Below, piece by piece: positions 9,583 to 18,007 of a stretch of DNA of 32,703 nucleotides. The stretch spans positions 1 through 32,703 of IMG/VR virus record IMGVR_UViG_3300017589_000215; one strand, written 5' to 3'. The notes under the pieces are model-generated. The model was not told where the DNA came from, did no database searches, and saw only the letters and a program-made list of their open reading frames with translations. Source of the stretch: a virus (taxonomy: Duplodnaviria; Caudoviricetes). Position numbers and translations under genes: made by a program. How positions within the stretch are numbered: position 1 is the first letter of the stretch; each line of letters begins with the position of its first letter.

Positions 9583-9861
9583 TCATTTTTTGAACACCTC
9601 AATGTCCCTGGCTAACTCTGATATTGTTATAATATGACGCATTGATTCTGCCATTTCCTCATCATTAAATTGATTTGAACTTGATTTACAGGCTATGAAT
9701 CTCCCAACTTTCAAAAGGCTACAAATTATCCCTTCAATAGGTTCATTATCATTTTCTTGCCAATAAACCAACTTTTCAGCTGCCTCTTCTGAAAGTACAG
9801 CATCTCCAATCTTATATTGCAACTTTGCTTCTTTATTCTTCATGGCCATGATCTTTATCAA
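9583..9861 (-). CDS. Hypothetical protein
   Basis: 92-aa ORF coupled to the antirepressor; true start may be the ATG at 9840. Confidence 0.6.
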   Translation of the reverse strand: MIKIMAMKNKEAKLQYKIGDAVLSEEAAEKLVYWQENDNEPIEGIICSLLKVGRFIACKSSSNQFNDEEMAESMRHIITISELARDIEVFKK

Positions 9862-10387
9862 AATCTAACCGTAATTGTCCCTTACTTTCAAGAAAGTCCT
9901 GAAATGTCACTGCCAAACGGCGTTTCATCTCACGATCGGCTTCCATCATTTTATCCTTGGCCGTGTTAAAGTCAATCCGCGCAGCGTCCCTGATGGCATT
10001 CTGCTCTTCGATGAGCTGATTGCGATATTCAACGTATTCCTGATATGCATTTAGGGAGTCCCAGAGAAGATCATACACTTTATTCTGTGCCTCGAGTACT
10101 TTCTCCCGGGAGTCTTCATTGACGTTCCTGGCATCAATCTTTGCAATCCACCAGAAAGCATACTTGAAGGGGAGACATACCATTTCACGCTCTTTTTGGT
10201 CAGCTCCAACCGTTGTGTTTAACACAATGGTTGAACCCAAATTAGGATCATTTTTTAACCTGGTATATTGATTAGGATAATCAATACCTAGAGCTTCACA
10301 AATTGGCTTAATTGGCACCAACTTTTGTGACTGGATGATCAGGATCTCCACATCATTAACTTTTGCAATAGCAGTTGTCTTTTCCAT
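9833..10387 (-). CDS. Phage antirepressor (P22_AR_N domain)
   Basis: VPIKPICEALGIDYPNQYTRLK...EMVCLP..AFWW matches the P22 antirepressor N-terminal pattern; C-terminal coiled coil. Confidence 0.85.
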   Translation of the reverse strand: MEKTTAIAKVNDVEILIIQSQKLVPIKPICEALGIDYPNQYTRLKNDPNLGSTIVLNTTVGADQKEREMVCLPFKYAFWWIAKIDARNVNEDSREKVLEAQNKVYDLLWDSLNAYQEYVEYRNQLIEEQNAIRDAARIDFNTAKDKMMEADREMKRRLAVTFQDFLESKGQLRLDFDKDHGHEE

Positions 10388-10398
10388 TTCTCAGCCTC

Positions 10399-10836
10399 CT
10401 AGTCTAGAATATTGTCAGCAATAAAATAACCCAGGTAAGTCTTTTCGCCTTTATGAAGCATACTGAAATAGTCCATTTCCTCCCGGACAAACTGCACATC
10501 CATTACGTTGTAATTTGCTTTATTGCAATACTCAACTATTTCTGTCCTCAGATGGTAAGGAAGAGAGACAACTCTGAAAGAACGGACATAAAATAATTTA
10601 TTGAAGATGCCCTTTTTCAAGATATAGTTTAGGTTAAACAGAGTATACTTAATCTCTGCTTTTACCTGTTTGAATAAGGAAGGTTTCTTTTGGACCAGCA
10701 TTGAACCGCTGTTAATCAGCCTGATTTCAATAACACGTCTTTCAATTGAAGTTGCGGTCCTGATGTAGTTTAGAACATCGATAAGATTTGTTGAGCGTTC
10801 AACTTGCTCAATGGTTACGGCTTGTAACATTTTCAT
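10399..10836 (-). CDS. Hypothetical protein, first gene of the antirepressor operon
   Basis: 145-aa ORF immediately behind a structured leader. Confidence 0.6.
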   Translation of the reverse strand: MKMLQAVTIEQVERSTNLIDVLNYIRTATSIERRVIEIRLINSGSMLVQKKPSLFKQVKAEIKYTLFNLNYILKKGIFNKLFYVRSFRVVSLPYHLRTEIVEYCNKANYNVMDVQFVREEMDYFSMLHKGEKTYLGYFIADNILD

Positions 10837-10847
10837 TTTCTCCTAAT

Positions 10848-11012
10848 GGAAAAACCCCCATGCATCCGTTCCAAAGCTCGCTAAAGCTTTTGCCCTTGCG
10901 GGCAAGATACACAGGGGTTTTCCCTATTAAGTTAAATGATTTTTCTTTTGACATTGGTTAGCGATTAAGGAACTATCATCCAGATGTCAGGCTGAATGAT
11001 GGGGCAAAGATA
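10848..11012 (-). promoter_or_regulatory. Promoter plus structured leader RNA of the antirepressor operon
   Basis: TATCTTTG box at 11005-11012; large stem 10848-10923 enclosing a TTGCCC-GCAA-GGGCAA hairpin; bipartite complementarity of 10958-10973 with 10868-10884. Confidence 0.6.
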
Positions 11013-11053
11013 ATAGAGAAAATGGAAAAATCAATAAAAATTCCAATAACCTT

Positions 11054-11425
11054 TTATTCTTGACTCACTACTTCAATTACATTTCCTTTCAAATCTACCT
11101 TTGCAGTTATTGTATTGATAACCTTTCCTCCAAAAGCATTAGTTCCTCTAAATTTAGTAATCACAAGTATATAATCGCCATGGTCACCGAATCTTGTTTC
11201 AACATGCTCATAGCTATCAGGGTCATTCATATGCTCCTTAATATGATTAGTCAAACCGTTATGTGAACCATCCCATGAGCTGAATTGGCTGTCAACTAGT
11301 TTTTGTCGCTCAGTCATTTGTGTTCCATTAGCATTTGTTTTATCATCATCACCACTTCCGAAAGCGATAAAAATGAAAAATAGAACGGCGATAGCAGACA
11401 TTAAATGTGTTGTTTTTGTCTTCAT
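11054..11425 (-). CDS. Membrane-anchored/exported hypothetical protein (moron)
   Basis: Hydrophobic N-terminus; DPDSYEHVET...FRGTNAFGG motif. Confidence 0.7.
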   Translation of the reverse strand: MKTKTTHLMSAIAVLFFIFIAFGSGDDDKTNANGTQMTERQKLVDSQFSSWDGSHNGLTNHIKEHMNDPDSYEHVETRFGDHGDYILVITKFRGTNAFGGKVINTITAKVDLKGNVIEVVSQE

Positions 11426-11859
11426 ACGATCTTGTTTTTTAGTGTTTTATGTATTGTTGTAAGGAAAGGCAATACAGTTGCTAATATAAGGAATACCAAA
11501 TCTATGATATCGAATATCCCTGGTACTACATTCAGAAACTGACCAATTTCAGAGAATAATCCAACGGCTGGGGCAATAAGTATCCAAACGACTGAATTAC
11601 TATTAACCTTAAATTCCCACATTACTAAGAGAATGTAATTAAAAGAAAGTAACCACAATGCATCTGGTAGACTAAATTTAACCCAACTCGGAATGTCTAA
11701 ATTCTGCAGAATTTGAAGCGAACGTAACTCATGTACTTCTTTATATATGCCTATTACTTTTAGCCAGTGAAACATCAATAAACTATCAGCTCTGAAAGTT
11801 ATATAGATAATTCCTCCAACCATTACTGGTATCATACCAAACACAACTCTTCTATTCAT
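11422..11859 (-). CDS. Multi-pass membrane protein (moron)
   Basis: About four hydrophobic segments; SLPDALW, SEIGQ and GIFDIIDL motifs; overlaps the next gene by 4 nt. Confidence 0.7.
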   Translation of the reverse strand: MNRRVVFGMIPVMVGGIIYITFRADSLLMFHWLKVIGIYKEVHELRSLQILQNLDIPSWVKFSLPDALWLLSFNYILLVMWEFKVNSNSVVWILIAPAVGLFSEIGQFLNVVPGIFDIIDLVFLILATVLPFLTTIHKTLKNKIV

Positions 11860-12311
11860 GCTATTAAATTCAACTAAGCAAATGTATTAGATAAACTTAA
11901 CTTATACAACATATCCAACCTAACGGCTCGCGAGAGCCACAACCACCAATAGCATATGCGATTAGTTTAGATTCGTTTTGTATTCAAAAACCACCACTAT
12001 ACATTCATGCATATTACATGTGTTTACTGTCTCGTAATTACGAGCCGAGTTCAGCGCGGTGCGGGGTCTTCAGACAGAGAAAAGGGGATAAAATCCCCTT
12101 TTCAAACCCTATTTTTCTCATTTTCAGGCTGTTAAATTTGGAATAATGGGAGTCGTTTGAGGCAATTATTTTGATGCCTGAAATGAAAAAAATCGGGAAA
12201 ATTTTTATTGAATTGGTATGGCTTTATATTACATCTATAAAGCCATGTTATTTGTATGGGTGTCTTTATAACTACCTGTTACATAGGTATTTATATAACT
12301 TTTTTCTTGCA

Positions 12312-12360
12312 TAATTCATTTACTATTCGTAAATTTATAGTGTAATTAATTCATTTACTA
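12312..12360 (+). promoter_or_regulatory. Promoter region with a 14-bp direct repeat
   Basis: TAATTCATTTACTA at 12312-12325 and 12347-12360 flanking TAAATTTA (12330-12337), upstream of ORF 12382. Confidence 0.55.
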
Positions 12361-12381
12361 ACAATTAAATCAAACAAACCA

Positions 12382-12786
12382 ATGAAAAACGCAGTAAAAA
12401 AATTAGCAGAGAATCAAACTAGTGAAGAATCAAAAACCGCAATCATGCAGATTTTGAAACCCGAAGTTCAAGAAACAAAGGAGGAAGTAAACGAAGAAGT
12501 AAAAGAGGAGCCGAAACCTGTGATTAACATTAACGAAGTGATTAAAAAAGTTAATGATCAGTTTTATCTGACCGAACAACACGCCAATTTAACCAACCAA
12601 ATCAATAAATTAAACAACTTCAGGAGCAGGATCAACACCAGTACCGGCCTTATGCTTACTAATGGAGGGGGAGAAGCTTCATTCTCAAGCAATGACCCTG
12701 CAGCAGTCGAAACCCTTATTTCAATCTGCATTGGTAACATCCAGGATCGTATCAATACGATTGAAAGTAAATTGTTAGCCGCTTAG
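12382..12786 (+). CDS. Hypothetical protein
   Basis: 134-aa ORF with AT-rich leader and a downstream hairpin. Confidence 0.75.
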   Translation: MKNAVKKLAENQTSEESKTAIMQILKPEVQETKEEVNEEVKEEPKPVININEVIKKVNDQFYLTEQHANLTNQINKLNNFRSRINTSTGLMLTNGGGEASFSSNDPAAVETLISICIGNIQDRINTIESKLLAA

Positions 12787-12796
12787 TTCTTTAATT

Positions 12797-12823
12797 GCCT
12801 GCAGGGATTTAATTCCTGCAGGC
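12797..12823 (+). other. Intergenic hairpin
   Basis: GCCTGCAGGGA-TTTAA-TTCCTGCAGGC; no strong U-tract. Confidence 0.55.
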
Positions 12824-12838
12824 TAAATTATTTGAGAC

Positions 12839-13171
12839 ATGACAAAGAAAGTAAACGAGCGTAGGGAAGAACTAAAGGCGTTAAGTCAACAGGTTAAACC
12901 ATTGGTTAAGGAATGCGTGTACGATTCTGTTAATGAGGCATTAATTGAATGTTTTTATAGAGATGCCGATAATTCAGAGTTTCACACATTTTTTGACTGG
13001 ATTGAAAAAGGGTATAAAATAAAGAAAGGAAGCCGAGCCTTCGCCATCTGGGGAAGTCCCCGACCACTCAAAAAGGTTGAACCCTCAAAGGAAGAAGGAA
13101 AGGAAGAAGATTTTTTTCCTATATGTTATTTATTCAGTAATTCACAGGTAGAAGTTAGGGAGGCAGCATGA
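12839..13171 (+). CDS. ArdC N-terminal-like ssDNA-binding domain protein
   Basis: FHTFFDWIEKGYKIKKGSRAFAIW and YLFSNSQVE match the ArdC-N/DUF1738 pattern; no C-terminal metalloprotease domain. Confidence 0.75.
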   Translation: MTKKVNERREELKALSQQVKPLVKECVYDSVNEALIECFYRDADNSEFHTFFDWIEKGYKIKKGSRAFAIWGSPRPLKKVEPSKEEGKEEDFFPICYLFSNSQVEVREAA

Positions 13172-13380
13172 GCGAAATTAATATGAGACGTTTGAAAATT
13201 CACACAGGCATAAGATGCAGAAAACACAATAAAAAAACCGTTTACCCTTTTCTCAGAATTGAGGGTAATTGGTTAGAAAAGGCAGGTTTCACACCCGAAA
13301 ATCATGCGTATGTAATCATTCAGGATGGCTGTATTACCATTAAAACCGAGTACGATATAAGAACACCAATGAGAGCATAA
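13168..13380 (+). CDS. SymE-family (AbrB-fold) protein
   Basis: YPFLRIEGNWLEKAGF...VIIQDGCITI is the SymE-family signature. Confidence 0.75.
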   Translation: MSEINMRRLKIHTGIRCRKHNKKTVYPFLRIEGNWLEKAGFTPENHAYVIIQDGCITIKTEYDIRTPMRA

Positions 13381-13597
13381 GACGCTTAAAAAGGCTTAAA
13401 TCAAGCCGAGGGGCATCAGCCCCCCGGCTGCCTCGTTCCTCGGCAGCCTCCCCCCTATTCGGTGTTCAGAACAAACGGTAATTTCATTGAATTAATCTTT
13501 GCTATTCTTCACGGCTTGAGCTCATTTTACCGCATTTTTCAGTTTATCTTTTTTGGGCAGGAAAAATGCCGGTAAAAGCCCTGATGCAAAAATTCTT

Positions 13598-15211
13598 CTA
13601 CAAGATCTTAGTAGATAGTCTTATTGGAGAATAATAGGTTTGTTGTGGATACAAGAACATACCAAGCATTAAAGTATCAAAAGCATCCGTCCCGTCCGTT
13701 CTATGCTCTAGACGATCCTCTTCTGTCTCGGCAAGTTTCTCGCCAGCTTTGTCTTTTTGAAAACCAAGAGGGCCAATCTTTGTACCACAGTGCTCTAAAC
13801 CAATTTTTAACGCTTCATTATTTGGCTCATTGATCATTGGCATAAGATACTTTTGTCCTTTAAATGCCTGGTCAATAATCATATGCTTTTCATTATGCCG
13901 TGCTGGATTACCCATATATACACGTTTCACGGACCATCTGTTTTTTTCAAACTGGCTACAAATAACAGAAGCAAAATCTTCACTACTGACAGCGTAATTA
14001 GACCCTAATGCTGTCGAATCGTAATAATAAATTACTTCCCTGGTCTTATGGTGAAAATAGTAATTACAGAAATCGTCTACTAACTCTCTCAATTTTCGCT
14101 GATACTTAACATAGAAGCTTTTAAGTACCATTGCTTTTATTCCTGACTGCTGACCAGCTGCAAGCCAGTTTATATTTGCATTGTAATCGAATGATACGCA
14201 TATTGGTTTGGATAGATCAACATCCCCATCCTGAAGACAGGATTGTTTTGCTGCTTTCTCAAAATTGTATTCTAAATTCTCTAAATAATTGTTGTCATAT
14301 GCAGTGTAAAAATGCTCATCTCTGAGTCCGGGATAAAATCCGTCTTTTAGTTTGCCCGGTTTTATGCACATTATACTAGTCGCGAACACTAAAGGAGGGA
14401 GATCTCGTTTTTGTGTCGCTATATATTTCTTTCCCAGTATTAGTAAATTCTCAATGGTTGACCACTCCCTATAATAAACTGCTACGCTCCGGAGCTGTGC
14501 CAGGGAAAGAGAATATTCCCTTAGTTTTCGTCTGGTCCATTCAGTTTGTTTTTCCTGCTTCAAATCATAGATTCTTTTTACCAACCCTTTTATAGCATCA
14601 ATTACACCGGTATCCATCTTATTACTATAGTTCAGGAACCATGATCCGCGTTTAGATGATGGCATGTCTGAAGTAAAAAGCATGCTGTTCAACCAAGGAG
14701 AGTTTTTCCATGGTCCTTTGTATCCTCCGTTAGCAGGAAATGTCTCATCTTTAAGTTTATCAAAGTCAAGATATTTGGCTTCATCTCCCATTATGTACTG
14801 AAGGGTCAGTGAATTTGAGCTTCCTGGAATATCCTGGCTTATTAAGAACTGGATGGAGCCATTATACCAACTGATCACATGTTTATAACTCGCTGGTTCA
14901 ATTACTGGTTTTATAAATCCGGCCTCTGGTGGCGGTTCCTTTCCAATATAGTAGTGTACGTTTCGCCGATATCCCATATCGCCCAACGCCTTGAGAGTTC
15001 CTGGTAGAGTCCGGGTGAGGATTTGTTGAAATGTTGATCCAACAATACCACCGGCTGATCGAGGCATGTGCTGAAGGTTGCGAAGCAGCCAGGGAGCATT
15101 AATACCATGGCTCTTACCAAATCGTCGACCTCCTACTATAACCGATGTATGAGCAGCTACGTAACGAAATTCTAACTGAGGGTTATTGAAGTAAATTTGT
15201 TTCTTCTCCAT
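13598..15211 (-). CDS. terL: Terminase large subunit
   Basis: Walker A GGRRFGKS, Walker B IMGDEAK, nuclease acidic motifs SFDYN and DGTDAFD; 537 aa. Confidence 0.88.
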   Translation of the reverse strand: MEKKQIYFNNPQLEFRYVAAHTSVIVGGRRFGKSHGINAPWLLRNLQHMPRSAGGIVGSTFQQILTRTLPGTLKALGDMGYRRNVHYYIGKEPPPEAGFIKPVIEPASYKHVISWYNGSIQFLISQDIPGSSNSLTLQYIMGDEAKYLDFDKLKDETFPANGGYKGPWKNSPWLNSMLFTSDMPSSKRGSWFLNYSNKMDTGVIDAIKGLVKRIYDLKQEKQTEWTRRKLREYSLSLAQLRSVAVYYREWSTIENLLILGKKYIATQKRDLPPLVFATSIMCIKPGKLKDGFYPGLRDEHFYTAYDNNYLENLEYNFEKAAKQSCLQDGDVDLSKPICVSFDYNANINWLAAGQQSGIKAMVLKSFYVKYQRKLRELVDDFCNYYFHHKTREVIYYYDSTALGSNYAVSSEDFASVICSQFEKNRWSVKRVYMGNPARHNEKHMIIDQAFKGQKYLMPMINEPNNEALKIGLEHCGTKIGPLGFQKDKAGEKLAETEEDRLEHRTDGTDAFDTLMLGMFLYPQQTYYSPIRLSTKIL

Positions 15212-15797
15212 CCTGGTCTAATTCTTTATAGTCAATATCCTCGATTTCTATTTCAGCTTTATACTTTTCGTAAAGCTTTTTAACCTCATCATCTATATTT
15301 GGAATGATCTTAATTCCCAAGACTGAAGGATCACTAGTAGGTTCTATTTCAACTGGTACTATTTCATCCCATGGTATTTGTTCAGCATCATCTTTATCCA
15401 GTTTATTATATCTTCCAAGAGCCTTGATGGCTTCTATCCTCTCTCTTAGCTGTTCAGAATCTTTAGCATCCTGAATAGCTTGTTTTAATTCTTCATTGAC
15501 CATGTAGCGAATCCATTCCTTACCTGCAGCTTTAAAATTGGGAAGGAACAGCTTTATGTCAGCAATATCCCTGTAAGCTTGAGTTTCGCTAATTTTAAAT
15601 TCATTCATCAGATCATCTCTTAGTTTTTTGTCCTGAAGGGATGGTGATTCAAGCAATCTGGAGAATGCAAATCGAAACCTGAGGATCAGGTTTCTTTCAG
15701 CAATTGATAAATTGGGAATCTTCATGAGTACTGATATCTCATCAATATCCTCGAATAAATAATCTTTGAATTTCTCAAGCCTCGTTTTCTTATTCAT
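15183..15797 (-). CDS. Probable terminase small subunit
   Basis: 204 aa overlapping the terL start; HTH-like segment (LMNEFKISETQAYRDI) followed by helices. Confidence 0.6.
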   Translation of the reverse strand: MNKKTRLEKFKDYLFEDIDEISVLMKIPNLSIAERNLILRFRFAFSRLLESPSLQDKKLRDDLMNEFKISETQAYRDIADIKLFLPNFKAAGKEWIRYMVNEELKQAIQDAKDSEQLRERIEAIKALGRYNKLDKDDAEQIPWDEIVPVEIEPTSDPSVLGIKIIPNIDDEVKKLYEKYKAEIEIEDIDYKELDQDGEETNLLQ

Positions 15798-16056
15798 TCT
15801 TTGCCTGTTTTATGATGTAGCCTTGAACTAATTCTTCAGCTGATGGTGATCCTTTCTTTGCAAATGCCACTGTTTGTCTTCTAACTTCAAGAATACTGTT
15901 TAATTTCCCTCTATTATAAGCCTTTGAGCGTTCACTTTTTCCACCCCGGATATCTCTTCTTAATTCAGCCGGATCAACATCCAGGAGCACTGCAATTTCT
16001 TCTATAGTCAAGAACAGCCCGGCATATTCTTCAATAAGTTTATTTACTTCGTCCAT
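15790..16056 (-). CDS. Small HTH-like protein
   Basis: LTIEEIAVLLDVDPAEL segment; coupled to neighbours. Confidence 0.6.
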   Translation of the reverse strand: MDEVNKLIEEYAGLFLTIEEIAVLLDVDPAELRRDIRGGKSERSKAYNRGKLNSILEVRRQTVAFAKKGSPSAEELVQGYIIKQAKNE

Positions 16057-16529
16057 TGTACGCTATCTAATTTCATCTGCTCAATATTCTGCAGATAAAG
16101 TTCGACAGCTGGATGGTTTTTAAAAAGGACTCCTGATTCATAACGCCGGTTATTTGTCGCATTGTTAGACATCATCGACAAAATCCTATCTGTTCCATTG
16201 TCCATGTAAATGGTTTTTGAATGGTTATTCGTTAACCATAACTCATCCACATTTCTAGAGGTGTAGTCAGTATTTTTCGGTTTTCGACTAGCAACAGTAA
16301 AATCAAGAAATAAAGTTATGTGAGTGATCCGCTGACGGCTCCTGATCAGGCGCCTTACCCATGGCTCAGTAATAGCGAAGGAGCTAACAATAATCTTAAG
16401 ATTACCTGTCAGCTCCTCAAGCATGAAATCAAAGATGTGATGTGCCTGGATGTTATTTGTTAAATATACTGCTATATTAGCATCTACCCAGTGAATGTCA
16501 TTCAACAAGTAGCTTTGCGTTTTTAGCAA
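16044..16529 (-). CDS. PLD-superfamily (single HKD) nuclease-like protein
   Basis: HSKTIYMD fits HxKxxxxD, followed by SNN and RYE motifs; 161 aa. Confidence 0.7.
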   Translation of the reverse strand: MLKTQSYLLNDIHWVDANIAVYLTNNIQAHHIFDFMLEELTGNLKIIVSSFAITEPWVRRLIRSRQRITHITLFLDFTVASRKPKNTDYTSRNVDELWLTNNHSKTIYMDNGTDRILSMMSNNATNNRRYESGVLFKNHPAVELYLQNIEQMKLDSVQWTK

Positions 16530-17331
16530 TAATTTTTAAATCCACCAGGGAATTCTTTGTTTCTTTAGAAACCGCGATTTTATTTTCAATCAGAAGATCT
16601 ATTCTTTTCAGGATCTTCTTTTTTAAATCAGGTTTCTTTTCTTCAGCTGCTTTACCATAATCAGTGATACCCCTACTAATATACGATCTTGCAGCATTAA
16701 TTGATTTACCAAGTTCATTTACTGAAGAATCATCCTCTTTCTTCTCAACAGGCTTTTCTTCTTTTTTATCCTGTTGCTGCAGTAGAAAATATTCATCAAT
16801 AGTTTCCCATCCGGCTTTGACAAAATCATCAAGTTGAATCAGGGTTTTTCTTAGTTCAGCCCTTTCATCATCTGTTTCGGCCAGTTTCATTTTTTCATGA
16901 GTGCTGCGCATTGATTTGTGAGCCTGGCTGATCTCATCGTACAAAGGTTTCAATTCTTCCGGAAGATCTTCAGGATTGACCTTTCTGAACTCAACAATTT
17001 TGTGTTCAGTTTCCTGAAGGCCTTCAGTATTGTTATTTTGAACAACTGGAGTTTCAAGAGTTTTTTGAGGGCCTTCGGTATTTTCATTCTGAAGAATAGG
17101 AGTATCAGGAGTTTTTGGCTCTTCATCCGGTAGTATAATTTTCCTAAGACGATCAGGCATTAGCTTCAACAATTTGCCTAATTCATACTGAAGTTTTACA
17201 GCATCTCTTTTCCTTTGAAGATACAGCATGATTGAACGCTGGTGACTGGCCAGTGTGTATAATTTTAATCCTTCGTCAAAGTTCTTCTCTTTTGACCCAA
17301 GGTATTCTTTGATTTTCTCAAACAGTGTCAT
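16498..17331 (-). CDS. Hypothetical charged helical protein
   Basis: 277 aa; short internal duplication (TPILQNENTEG / TPVVQNNNTEG). Confidence 0.7.
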   Translation of the reverse strand: MTLFEKIKEYLGSKEKNFDEGLKLYTLASHQRSIMLYLQRKRDAVKLQYELGKLLKLMPDRLRKIILPDEEPKTPDTPILQNENTEGPQKTLETPVVQNNNTEGLQETEHKIVEFRKVNPEDLPEELKPLYDEISQAHKSMRSTHEKMKLAETDDERAELRKTLIQLDDFVKAGWETIDEYFLLQQQDKKEEKPVEKKEDDSSVNELGKSINAARSYISRGITDYGKAAEEKKPDLKKKILKRIDLLIENKIAVSKETKNSLVDLKIIAKNAKLLVE

Positions 17332-17357
17332 TTTTTAAAAGGTGTTAAAATGAAAGA

Positions 17358-17385
17358 AACCCTGTTCCACTTAAAGAACAGGGTT
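17358..17385 (-). terminator. Hairpin after the capsid/tube genes (weak terminator or stabiliser)
   Basis: AACCCTGTTC-N8-GAACAGGGTT followed by an interrupted U-tract on the minus strand. Confidence 0.6.
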
Positions 17386-17413
17386 CGTTTGCCTTATTTA
17401 TTTTTTACCAGCA

Positions 17414-18004
17414 TTATCCGCCTGCAGGTGTAGGGGTGAAGACTCCTGTCTCACAATCAAGTGTTCCATCCTCAAGGATGAGGGAACCTGCGTATGATGG
17501 CAATGGAGTGGAGTCAGGGGCTTCAACGTCGAAGGTAATTCCTTTGTCTGATCCTGGTTTATCGCCTGAATCACCTTTAGGAGTTACTGATGTGTCATAA
17601 TCCTCTGAACCGAGCATGATGAACCTCTTTTCAGATTCATGTGGCAGTGATACAATCATTACAACATTGCTGTTAAGTAATGATTTAGCAAGGGCTTTTG
17701 CCTCGTCTGAAATATCAGGAAAAGAAAATGATCCTTTGTTGGTTAACATTTTATGGTCCTTTTCTCCGATTGGTTCCCAGCTTACTTTGCCTTTACCCTG
17801 TGTGGAATAAAGTCTCATAAAGGTTTTACCAGCCTGCATTTCAAAATCTCCTCCCATGGTAACAAATTCCTTCGGGGTTGCCGGGGCTGCTACAATTTTA
17901 GGAAACGTTTTAATCCAGCTTTTCAGTGCAAAGTAAATAATGGTCTTAATCCCTGAAGGATTAATTTGACCGTCGTTCCATGGTAATGATGATAATAATG
18001 GCAT
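17414..18004 (-). CDS. Structural protein, probably major tail tube
   Basis: 196 aa, Gly/Thr/Pro-rich with beta pattern; directly after the capsid gene. Confidence 0.5.
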   Translation of the reverse strand: MPLLSSLPWNDGQINPSGIKTIIYFALKSWIKTFPKIVAAPATPKEFVTMGGDFEMQAGKTFMRLYSTQGKGKVSWEPIGEKDHKMLTNKGSFSFPDISDEAKALAKSLLNSNVVMIVSLPHESEKRFIMLGSEDYDTSVTPKGDSGDKPGSDKGITFDVEAPDSTPLPSYAGSLILEDGTLDCETGVFTPTPAGG

Positions 18005-18007
18005 CTC

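Noticed and set aside
16124-16130. Additional GTCCTTT (and GTCCTTA at 21734-21740) as late promoters
   Set aside because: No TAnnnTTG box 20 nt downstream; the first lies inside a CDS.
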